This document shows positions 39,194 through 51,056 of a stretch of 64,000 nt of DNA, in pieces. This DNA is from Peribolospora baueri (taxonomy: Eukaryota): NCBI GenBank assembly GCA_029717555.1, contig JAMDHS010000083.1:1-64000 (forward strand), given 5' to 3'. The position numbers and the translations under genes were made by a program. The stretch's first letter is position 1, and each line of letters starts with the position of its first letter. The notes below the pieces were generated by a model, which was not told the origin of the DNA, searched no databases, and saw only the letters and a list, made by a program, of their open reading frames with translations.

Positions 39194-42100
39194 ATGCAAG
39201 AAGGTGAACAGCAGCGCGAGTGCGGCGTCTCTCAGAAGACTGTGCAGTTGTCTACGGTAGAGCTCGCCGACGCTGTGGACAACGACGGCGAAGGCCAGTC
39301 GCGAAATGGGACGACAAAAATAAGGACAGGGGAAGGCGGGAAATACAAACACTTCCCCTCTTTCTTCAAACGCTTGGTAGATAGCCTCCTTCCGGACGTG
39401 TCGGAGCATTGGAAAATAGAGAGGGAGGCTGTTGGGATTTCTTATGACGTGCATGAGGAACGCAGGTGAGTACGCCGTCGTGTGAAGGCCCTGCGTCAAA
39501 TGGGCTTCAGACCAAGGAATGTATTCGATGACTTCAGAGGTCGTACCGTCACGGATTGCCAATTTTTCTATTATCCTTTCATCGCTCACATTGACACGAA
39601 AAGGCTCAAACGCAAGCTCGACATTCGCATAGTTCCTCTCCTCCTCGTTCGTATCCGACTTTGCGCCTTCTAGGGTGGCCGTGTTTCTGACCATGTCCAT
39701 CACCGATCTGAGCGGGCACGTTGTCCCCTTTTTGTCTTCTTCTTTTTGGCCCACCATCTTCAAACTTACTTGCCCATGCACAGATCACCTACGTACGTTC
39801 CAAGCGCAGGCGTTCTCGAGCACGCCCAAGTGAACGTTCTCGGCCGATTTCTCATCGAGAGTTCGGCTCTCCATCCTCAGATCTTCAATCAATTTGACCG
39901 AACGAACTGGGCAAATGCTAAAATCGGTCAGTAAGTTGAATCAGCGCCTTGGAGGGATACAGTTTCGAAGTTTTCGTGCGCTCGCCCGAAGCCTTTCCGA
40001 GGCTGCCTCCCGTCACCGTGCTCGCCGTGCTGACCGCCGTGCATTGTCTCCTTCTTGGTCGGGACATCTCCAGATCCCACCTTTTCGAAACGCTTTGATC
40101 TGGATGATAATCGAAAGGCAGGTATACCGAACGGATGTCTTTCTTCAGCTGGAGAGCTGGTGTGCTTTTTCGTGCTCACGGATGCCGCTCACTGCTACTT
40201 TTTCCGCGGCCCATCGGGGTATGCTCTCCGTCTTTAAATCCAGTGGTTGACCCTCCTCTGCATCTTCTACGTTGGTTACTCTACCCTTGAAATCCCCGTG
40301 AGCCCGTCCAGCCAGCTCAGAGACTCTTTTTGCCTAAATTTTATTAACTTTAGGCGTTTGAATTACTATCTTTATGCCCCCCTCCTTCTCTTCACACCGC
40401 GCCTTATCTCTCACTCTGACGCTGTCCTACCGTTCTCTTATTTCTATTATGGTCGCTTCAGTCGAACATCATGCAGCGTATCGTCGGTGCCCCTCGGTGG
40501 TTCTTTTTCATCCTCACCTGGTGGGGTATCTGCTCTACTTGTGTCATCTTTGCTCAGAGTGAGTAGAGTTTGGTTTTTCAGGCACGTGTGGACGTCGACT
40601 ATCGTTGCGACATGCTTCTGTCCTCCCTCACGGCCTGGTGCGCCTCCTTCCACTTGGAATAGACTGGTCGCAAGCCGTAGTACTGCGCCTCTTGCTAGGG
40701 ATGGGCGAGGCAGGTGAGTGTATCATTGGTTATCCCGTCTCCATGAAGGAGAACGAGGGTCGGGACGCAACTTATCTGTCCTCGTCGAGCCAGTCGAGCT
40801 CAGGAAGTTGGTCCTTGACGGCCGGATTAGGCATATCATTCAAGCTCACTTCATCCCTTCTCATCGATGTTGGTACTCACTTGATATTTGACTTGCGCGC
40901 ACTGTCTGGCGGCACAGGCTTCTACTCAGGCATCGTGTACTATTTGTCTTTCTGGTCAGCATCTACTGCTTGTTCTTCCCTCTATTTTTCAATGCTCCGC
41001 TCAAATGCTTTCATGTCTCTTCTTCCCGCCTGAATAGGTACCCACCCCGGGAGCTGGCCTTGCGCATCGCGTATTGTGCCACAGGGACCATCCCAGGCAT
41101 CTTGGGAGGTTTCCTGGCTTTCGGCGCCTTGAGGGCTGATAATCCCCTGTTGCATGGCTGGGTGAGTCTCGTATGCTCCTGATTGTTTTTCCGCATCTCT
41201 TTGTTTGTCGTCTTTTGTGTCTTTGCGGCACTTTATGACCCTGACTCGCCTGGCCTCTTCCAACATTTGTCACGCCGACCCTCAGCAAGTGCTCTTTCTC
41301 GTTGAAGGCGTTCCTACCCTCATCATGGCCGTCTGCATCCTCTGCTTTCTGCCCGCCTTCCCATCCACCGCTTCCTACCTAACGCGTCGCGAGAAGTATG
41401 GAAGCTTTGTCTTCAACATTTCGGTGGTGCCGCAACGTCTGACGGCGCACTTGTCTCGCTGCAATCCGTTGGTCCTCCACCCTCACAGGCTCATCGCCGT
41501 GGCGCGTATCCAACGTGACGTCAAACCCACTCCTGAAGGCGGCATGGGGCCGTGGGAAAGCTTCAAGAGCCTGTTGAACGAGCCCAATATGATTCTCTTC
41601 TCGTTGATTTACGGTAGCGTCTTCATTGGAGTTAGCACCATCAGCAACTTGTAGGTCGTCTCTGTAAATTTTAAGCACAAGATGACTTGACCGATGTGTT
41701 TTGGTCTCTCACCAACAAACGGTCCTTCTTATGTTCTTTCGTACATAGTACGCCGACCATCAGTGAGCCAACCAGCTTCAACTTTATTCTTCTTCCAGTT
41801 GGACATCTTTGTTACCCCTGTTTTCCATGACCCTCACGGCGGGTCCTCTTCTCTCTTTTGCACCTCTCAGTCAAGGACATGGGCTATTCCTCCATAACGT
41901 CCCAAGCAATGCAAGTACCCCCTTACACTGTTGCCTGGCTCTTTACCTACTTCCAAGCCTGGTCAAGCGACCGTACCCGCCAAAGGGCATACCACATCAT
42001 GGTCTCCACCGGAATCTCTTTCGTCGGTTACGTCCTGCTCTCCGCTCGACTCAGTCCAGCGGTCTCGTATTTTGCCCTGTTTTTGGTTCTGAGCGGGAAT

Positions 42101-43030
42101 TTCTCTTCTATTCCTTTGATCTCGTGAGTTGGCTGCCAAAGGGGCACTCTCACTGCTTCCTTTGCCGACTGACCGGACCTCGTGAATAACGCTCTTTCCG
42201 TTCAACCTTTTCTGGTGGCCTCCCGGCTCGGATGGGCTAATCTTTGCGTCGCAGCGGGTGGACCGCCAACTCATTCGCACCGACATTCCGTCGAGGCATA
42301 GCCATTGGAGCGATGGTGAGCAGCTTAATCTATTTTGACGCTTCATTATTTCCACTACGACGTGGTACCGTTCGCTACTTACTGTGGACGGCAACTCGTC
42401 GTCGTTTCCCTTCATGGTCGTCCTCCGCGCGCGTGTCGTGTCATCACAGGTGTCTTTCTCCAACATAGTCTCCATCGCCAGTTCCTGGGTGCGTCAGGCG
42501 TTCGACTCATACGTCAGCCGATTTTGCGATGGGATTTACCGCGATGTCCGTTTGTCCGGGGGCTAAATTGGTTTTCTTTTTGCGTCTTTTGACGCTCTGT
42601 CATGACGTGCGCGCCTCGCCGGCATGCAGATCTATTTCGATCCAGAAGAGTCGTACCGGAAAGCTCACGGCATCGTAGGCGGGTGAGTTTGCCGTGTTCG
42701 TCATTGAAGTCGAACAAACAAAAGGGCCTCCGGCTCGTCTCCTCTTCGGCTCTTCACTCATCACCTTCCTCCATATGAACCGTCATCCTTCTCGTTCATC
42801 TCCCCAACATCATCCGTCCCGCCCCTTGCCGTCCACTCACCCAAACGAACAGCTGCATGGCAGCTTGCTTCCTCACCACCTTGACCCTCCGCCTCCGCTT
42901 CCGCGCGCTCAACAAGTCCAGGGAGCAAGGATTCGTCGAGCTGCTCCCCGAAGAGAGACGGCGCCTTGCGGAGGAGGGGGAACAGATCGAGATACCGGAC
43001 TGGGATCAGAGATTTCGGTTCATGCTTTGA
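39194..43030 (+). CDS. MFS transporter, anion:cation symporter / allantoate-nicotinate permease-like (~17 introns)
   Basis: LKRKLDIRIVPLL, DRTNWANAKI, FYVGYSTLEIPSN, LRLLLGMGEAG, YYLSFWYPPRELALRI, GWQVLFLVEGVPT, QAMQVPPY and FRFML*. Start codon uncertain. Confidence 0.9.
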
Positions 43031-43549
43031 GATGATCAGACGGCAGGATGGACGAGGAGCGCGAACGAGCATCAATCGGCCTTTCTCTCGCTTCCGATAC
43101 TCTCATCTCATCGATCACGCGTTTGCGATACCCCAGCGTGGGAGTCCGTGCGCATCGGCAGACCGCAACGCTCCAAGGAAAGATCAACGTATTTGACTGG
43201 CGGGCGGAGTGTGTTATGACGAAGCTCTCTGAAGCATCTCGTCCTCTCGATCCGGATGTGCAATGCCTTTGACGTTAGCAAACAACGCGTCGCCGCCAAG
43301 GAAGGAGGAGGCCAAGCGGTCGTCGTACAGGTGACAACCGGGATAGAGTTGGAAGAGGCCAGTCCTCCCCACGGCGAGCCTATGCGTCGACCCTCGATCG
43401 ACTTTGCCGTGGAGATGAATAAAGGTTGGAGCTTGCACGCGAACGAGACGGCATGACATTACTGCGTACCCAGACAGTAAGAAGACATCCATGTACCCTC
43501 CGTTCGCCCTTCTCTCATCCATCTATCCCGCAGCGACCGGGCAACTCAT

Positions 43550-44232
43550 TTACTTCTTCGACACCTCCACGTTGTCCCAGGCCGCTCGCTCGGCTTCCTC
43601 CCTCTTGACCTGCTCAACGAGATGGATGAGGTAGCGGTCGTCCTGGTGTTGGGAGATGAGACGACGAGAACGGATATGGACAAGGCGACAAGGAGAGGGT
43701 CAGACAAACGAACCGTCCTTCCAAGGCCCTGACTCGGCCCACTCGAACGACGAAACTCACCTGCTCCGGCTTGATCTGCTGCTCCTTGGGCAAGTCGGTG
43801 TGGAGGATGGAGTAGTGGGATGCGCGGCGGAGACGCCACGCTCGGTCGTACTCTTGTCGGGGGGAGAGGCGGCCGAGGGCCTGGTTTGAGAAGAAGACCC
43901 GGAGGAAGCACGCGTCCAAGGTCGTGGGCAGGCACACACGAGATGAGAAGTGGTCAGTCGGAGGCAAGGCATAAGCGCGCATAGACAATCTAAGGGCCCT
44001 CGAGACCGCCATAGAGCTTGCGGGCTGAGACTACCGCGCCGGCGACGGGTGGAACGACGGACAGACTCACCTTCTGAACGGTCTCGTTCTCCTCGATGAG
44101 CAAGTCGTCGTACTTGAGGCCCATCTGCCTGTGGCCGGAGACGTTGGCGTAGACGTTGGCAAGAGGCCTGAGGGCCTTGAAGAGGCCTGGGGTGTTGACC
44201 TTGAGACAGTTGTAGAGAGAAACGACTGGCAT
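43550..44232 (-). CDS. QCR7: Cytochrome bc1 complex subunit 7
   Basis: SGHRQMGLKYDDLLIEENETVQK|ALGRLSPRQEYDRAWRLRRA...LPKEQQIKPEQ|DDRYL. Confidence 0.95.
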
Positions 44233-44658
44233 GGTTGCGGGGGGGCCAAATCGGCGGTGAAGAGGATGGATGGAGTTTCTTAAGATGACCGGCGGGCGAT
44301 GAGCGGATCGAGCCGGGCAGAGCGGGCCGCGTGCGAAGACGGAGGCCGTCGCCGCAGCAGCAAGAAGTAGCCACGTGGGCGCCGCGCTTTGCTCCGCCTA
44401 CTCCCGAACACGGGCGCGCTTTCCACTCGTGCGAGCCAGCATGGCCCGAGCGCTGTATGGGCGACCGACCGGCGTAGTTCCCGACTGCTTTGTAGAGATC
44501 GTCTCGCCGTTCTATTCACACCTTCAGGAAAAAAGGGTCAAGGAAAAATGGCACCAAAGTCTTACTTCCCATCACACGCGCGAGGCTCTATTGTAGCTTC
44601 CAAACTTCGATGCCCGGACGATGCGAGAGAAAGACAAGTAAATGATTCGGACCATCCG

Positions 44659-47600
44659 TCACGCGGCGGCGAAACCCAGCCGTCTCCTCTTCACGTTTTC
44701 CTCCCGGCCTCCACCGTCGTCACCGCCAGGGCAATCGTCCCCCATGTTTGATTGTCGCCGATGGTGTGATGGAGCAACGCTCCGAGAGCACGGAGGGGGA
44801 GAAAGGACGGTGACGGCTTCACGTCTGATGCCATTCACCTTCGCCGTTCGCGGCGCTGCCGGAGAACGGGATGAGGGAGATGCGAGTTCGTCGACGCACA
44901 CCTGCGAGTCCGTCTCCTCGACGACATCGTCTTCGTCTTCGCGCTTGACAGACGGAAACGGAACGGCTCGGAGGACCGGTACGTTGTTCGTCGAAGCCGT
45001 GGCGGCGACGCCCGTCGGTCTTCGCCGATCGGCCCAGGGCACCTGTTCGTCGAGCTCGTCGAGCTCGTCTTCCTCTTCCGACTCAGGGATAGCGGTGACG
45101 ACCGGCTCAAGCTCGTCCAGCTCGTCCAACTCGACGTCCACAGGCTCATCCTTGACCACTGCCACTCGAGACCCGATCAGCGTCACATCGTCCGCTTCTC
45201 CATTCCAGTCCGCTTCCTCTTTCGCGGGGAATAGCGGGATGCGATGCTTGAACGAGGGGTGGCGCTCAGGAGAGGAAGAGTCCGAAGCCGTGAGAAACGC
45301 TGGCGTCTTGATGAAATCCGCCATTTTCCAGTCGTCCTCCATGCTCTTCGTGAGCGAGACGAGCGAGCGCGAGAGCTCGCGACGCCGCTGGAGCATGAAC
45401 TCTTCCGATGTGCCTCGCACGGCAAGCGTGAGAGCCGAGACGGGCCGCTGTTGTCCGATGCGGTGGGAGCGTTTGATTGCCTGCGCTTCGAGATCATGTT
45501 GCCAGCAGGGCTCGACGAAAATGACTCTGGACGCGGCATGCTGTTGCATAACGACGAAGGAAGCAATGTCAAATGCAATCGTCCGTCTCGTCAGAACGGA
45601 CGACGTCAAAGAAGCGAGAAAGCATGGCTCACCAAGTCCAATCCACGGCCGGCAAGGGCGACGTCCATGATCATGACGCGGAAGCGGGCCGAAGACTGGA
45701 ACGTTTCCGCGTATACCGCGCGCTTCTCGGCGTTTAGGCCGTGTGACACGAACATGAGGTCTGTTGTGTGAAACATGAGTGCCATGAGCCGTGACCGGGC
45801 CGAAAAAGGTTATCAGAAACCATCAGCAGCCCGTGGTCGTCCACCGAGAGCCTCGTATGGTCAAGCCCAGCCTACACTCACTCTCCACACCGACCAGATC
45901 GAGCGCCTCGCCGACAAAAAAGACAACGTTATCCTGCGAAGTAAAGATGAGAAACTTGTCGTCTGGATGAGAGAGCACCTCGTCGATGATGGCCTGCAAC
46001 TTGATCGAGGTCGTACCCGTGATGGTGCATTCGGCTAGGCCGGATGACGAGGGCAATCGGGAGGTCGGACGGTGCGCGTTGCCGAAGACTGCCAGAGAGA
46101 GAGGCGAGTGAAAGAGGAGGACGGAAAGCAAAATGGGGAAGAAGAGGTGAAATAAGGGCAAGCGCACAAACATGAAGACGATAGGCGGCAGGGGAAATTC
46201 AGATCCTCACGCGCTCGGATCGCGTCGCCTTTCTCGCCCGCCTCCATGAGATGATCCGCCAGCCGATGTCGCCTCGCCTCCTCGTCGCGCACCTTTCTCT
46301 GCAGCTGATCCAGCTCCTTGGCGTGCGACTTGTCGGTCGTATGAGCGAGCGCGATGACCGCCGACAAGTTTTCCTTCTCTTCCGCCTCCGCCCCTGCGCC
46401 ACCCCCAGCTGCCGCCTTGCGGGCTGTCGCCTTGGACCGGGCCGACCGGTCGGAGCGCACGGCCTCGACGAACTTCTTGCGCTTCCATCGCTCTCCATGC
46501 GTATACAGCTCCTCCCAAAGCTCCTCGTCGTCCATGACGCCTTGGCCGATCGACGTGTCCAGACCCTTTCTCATCTCGACGATCGCTTCGGCCTGCATGG
46601 CAGACTCGCTCGGGGCCAAGTCACCAAAGGCGACCGTCGGCGTGTTGTTGACAAAGCCGTCCCAGCTCCGAGCGAGCTCGGAGGGGAGGTGGGGCGAAAA
46701 GTAATGCAAGTTACCGGCGAGCATGACGCGGATCCAAAAGCGGTCTTCGAAGGCCATTCGCAAGTGCCGATAAGCACCGCGGAGCAGCTCCCGGTCCTCG
46801 AGAGAATACCCGCGCTCGTCCGCCTTGTCGAGGCCATCTTTGGCGATTTTGATCGATTCCTCGATCTGGTGGACCATGTCTTTTCCGAAGAAGAAGAAAC
46901 ATGCCTGCAAGGGGGGACGGGGGACGAGAGCGGCGTTGTTCGTTCGAGTCGGCGTCCGTCGGCCACGCGATCATCGAATTGGACGCACCTCCGTCAAGTT
47001 ACGAGCCACTACCCGGAGGTTGTGTTTATTCGATGGATGAAAGATGCTGGAACGCGAGGGCGCGGTACAAGGCGAGAGCGTCAGCGGGCACGGAAAGGCT
47101 GGGCGGGACGGTGAGCGTTGGGGAAAGGGGCACTCACTAGTCCTGATCCACTCGCTGCGAGAGGACGGCGTTGGCGGCGAGCAGCGCCTGGGCAGCGTTG
47201 AAAGTTTTTCTGAGGACGGGCGTAGCGCAAAGAGAAGCGAATGGTCGAGTGAGCCGGGAACGCGGACCGACCGAAGCCGAGGGCTCGACGCCGGTCTGCT
47301 CACCGCTCCAGAGGCGCAAAATCGAGCAATCGCACTTTGTGCTCCAAAGGCGGCAAGGAGACGTCCCTCTCGACGTCCTCGGCTCTGCCGCAACAGAGCA
47401 AAGCGGCGTGACCAACGTACGTGATGAGGAAAGGAACCGAAAACCAACCCGGACGATTTGATAGCTCGCACAGACACACCTATTCCGAATCATCAATCTC
47501 CTCATCAGCGCATCTATCCTCCTCGTGGCGCCGAACTCGGGCCCGGTGGGGTTCAATAGCGGCTGCATGACATGCGTCTTCCAGTTTCGCGTGCTCGCGT

Positions 47601-50137
47601 TCCGGCCGCGGTAGAAGGGGGGTAGTTGGAGAAAGGTGGTGAAGAGCTGGTGGGAAAAATTGGGGGAGAGGCGAAGGTCAGGCTGGGTCGGCGACGATGT
47701 GAGCGCCGGTGGGAGAAACGGTGGCTGCCGCACGCGTGAGCGGACGCACCTTTCCTAGACGTTCCAGGTCCCTCTCGTCCTGCGGGGTCCATCGGTCGTC
47801 TGAATACGATGAAAGAAAGCCGGCCATCGGTCACTCCGAGTCTGGCGGGAAACTTGAACAAGGCACGAAAAAACGGTCCACATCACTCACGATCGCCCCT
47901 GTTCTCCATCGGGCCCTCAGCGGCGGCCATATGTCCGACGCCGATGTTCAAACCGAGCAAGCCGGGCGTCGGGGTGCCGCTGACGATCCACCTCCTCTCG
48001 ACGCGTAGTTGCTCGGCGAGCCGGACGAGGCTGGAGCGACCGCTCATGACGTTGCCCTCGTCGATGATGAGGCGTTTCCAGTGGACAAGCATCAACGGCG
48101 AGATGCGTCGCTCGGAACGGTTGGGGCAGACGCACCGGCGGACGCGGGTCGCGCCGACGTAGGGACAGCGACAGGCGCGGGGAACGCCGATCTGCGTGTC
48201 TTCGAGTCTGGGAGACATTTCAACAAGGTCAGGAAAGGAGGGAGGCACCGTGAGCGATGGAGATGCGACGCTCGCCCCTCCGCTCACCTCCCATCCGCTT
48301 CCTCCCTCCCGAGGCGGTTATGGCTGATGAGGACGACGTCCCACTCCTGCGCGAGCCTGTCGGGCGCGGGAATCTCTTGGCTCGTCTTGCCGAGTACGAG
48401 GACTCTGAGCCCGCCCTCCCCTCCATCTTCAAACGCTACATGTTTCTTAATCTCATCCCTCCACTGTATCAGCAACGTTGGAGGAACGCAAACGAGCGTG
48501 GCAGGGGAGAGGTGTATCCTGCGGGGAGAGCGCGACGCGGCTTCCCTGTGGCGGCGGGAAGGGGGAGGCGGGTAGAGGAGGTAGAAGGGTGGGTTGGAGG
48601 ATAAGGCGCGACGAAGGTGCGCGCCCAGGCCGTCACTTTCTCGAAAGTTGATGGAGTCGGTTCGGACGCGGTGCACGCAGAGGTCTACGAGACTCGGGAG
48701 GCCGGCTCTCGGAGGGCCGTCCGGGCGGTGTGTGATGCCGGAGGCAAGCGGAGTCATCCCATCGGCGTCATCGCGCTCCTGCTCGAGCTCGAGCTGGTCA
48801 TCCTGCACAACGACTGGAGGAGACGAATCGAGGTCGCAAAACCTGCGATCCGGCAAGTCGTCGCCGCACGGATCGCGAAACAAAGACAAGGTTTGGGAAG
48901 AGGGGAAGGTGGACAAGGAGAGGTCGGTGAAAACAATCGTGGCGCGTGGGTCGCCCGAGACTTCGGGTAGTTGGTCACGGGTGGCGAGGATGAGGGCGAG
49001 GGAGATGCACGTCTTTCCGCAGCCCTATGAAAAGGAGGAGCGAGAGGCAGACGGTCCGTATTTTACTCTCCAGTGCAACCACACACAAAGGCGCGTAGAC
49101 ATACGAAAAAGACGACGGCTCGGCTCACCATCTCCTCGCACAGGATTCCTCCTTTTCCCTCGGCGAAGCGTGCTGCCTCTCGAAAGAACTGCCGCGCGTC
49201 GAGGTCGGCGTAGAAAATCCCGGCGGAGCCGTCTCCGTACCTCATGGGGACGAGCCAGGGGTCGTTGACGAGGGTGGGCGCGAGCTCGCGTTGAAGGAGT
49301 CTCCAGAGAGAGCGCTGCGAGAATGGTGGACAAGATGTGAACAAGAAGCGCCAGTCGCATCGCGTTTCAGACGCCGGTAGGGCCAAGGCAGCGCGATGAA
49401 GGCTAGCTCACCGTCTGATATGGGTACAGACGGCTCTTCAGGCCCGGTATTCTGCCATTTCGTTGGACCATGTCGAGCACTCGCCTGACCCGCGGCGAGG
49501 AAGCACTTTGCAAGCGCTCGTCGATTTGGGGCGAAGGGAGTTCTTGGTACATCTCTGCGAGGGAGCGGTGATCCTGCTCCTCGTCCCAGAACGGTCGAGC
49601 AGTCCCAGACCCCAACCGTCCGTGCCAAGCGTCGGCGCCGCACTCGAGCCTCTCCAGCACGGAGCCCAGCTCGGCCCTGACGCCGGCCTTGCTCTTACCC
49701 TTGGGCGATGTTCCCGTAACGGTGGCTCTGCGTGCATCAGAGGGGACAAGGTAAACGCGGAGAAGGAGGAGGGGTGGGGAGGGAGGGTGTGCGAATCGGT
49801 GTGTTAGGTGGAGGATGCCGGCTCGAACGAGGTCGTCGAGGGTGCGTAGGAAGGAGAAGGAAGTGGAAAGTGGATCCTCTCCGGAGTGGGTAGTAGTCGT
49901 ATCCAACCTCTGTGAGTCTTGTGGAGGGGGCGAAGGCTTGGGCGTTGACGGTCCGGGCTCCGAGGTGTAGGTGCACGGAGGGGGAGGGAAGAGAAAGCGG
50001 GCCAAAGAGGCGGAGTCCCATGAACGCCAGGACTGAGAGGCGGGCAAGGGAGCGAGGTCTGGGGATGTGGGAGAAGAGGGCGGAAGAGAGAGACGGAGGA
50101 TGCCAGCGGGGATGAGGCCGGCGAGGTGGTCGGCCAT
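44659..50137 (-). CDS. SNF2-family ATPase/helicase (Rad5/Rad16-like group)
   Basis: LYPYQ, GILCEEMGCGKT, TLVCVPPTLLIQWRDEI, WKRLIIDEGN, RRWIVSGTP, KFLIFT and RVIFVEPCWQHDLEAQAIKRSHRIGQ. Confidence 0.88.
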
Positions 50138-51056
50138 GGGGGTCGCGACAGCTGGTGTCGGCGAACGTGGCGTCTGTGCGGCAGAAAGGATCATCAAACG
50201 GACGGGCGTGGCGGTGAGAAGCACGGCGGCGGTTGTCATCTAAGGCCAACCAGAAGCACACTAGGCTTATGTGTTTCCTTCTTTCTCTCCTTCCCTCCTT
50301 CCCTCCTTCCCTCCTCCACCCCTCTTTCTCTCCTCTCTTCTACTCTCCTTCCTACTATCTCTCGCTCTCCCCGTCATCTCGCCGAGTCGTGCGACTCACC
50401 GTGTTGGTGCACCGGAGGCAGGCCGAAGGAGAGTGTTGCAGTTCAGAGGGAGAAGAGGGTCCTTGCCTCTGTTTCCCTGCAACTCGATGGGTGAGATGGT
50501 GTTGACCTGCCGAGGTGGTGCTGCTCGTCGAGCTGATGCTCGGCTATCGTTGCGCTGCCCGTGGCTCGATTACGTGCAGGCGGGCGGAAGATTACGTAAC
50601 GGCTCGGTTGTGCTCCCCGGGTTGCGACATCATTATTCTCCTCCCTTATGCCATCATTACGACGTTGTACTCTTCTCGTCGCAGCATTATTAATGCGCAT
50701 GTAAGCACCTGATGCTGCGGCAGATGGAGTCAATATGTGCCGAGGCTAATGCTTACTTAAACCGACTTCTAAAGCGAATGCGCATGCTCGACGACTTGGC
50801 GAGCACTGCCGAGGCCGAAGACGAGGTCGACGATGACGACGACGTCCACAACCAAGACGTCGACCACAACCACGACCACAACCACGATCACGACGGTGGT
50901 AGTGACGACGACGACGACGACCACCATCACGGCAGCAGGGACAATTACACCCCAGCTCCGCACCCTCCAGCTCCGCCAACCCTGACGAGACCTCGTCCCT
51001 CTCCCCATACACTCACTTCTTCTATCACGCATTCACCCCCTCCCCCACATCTCACC

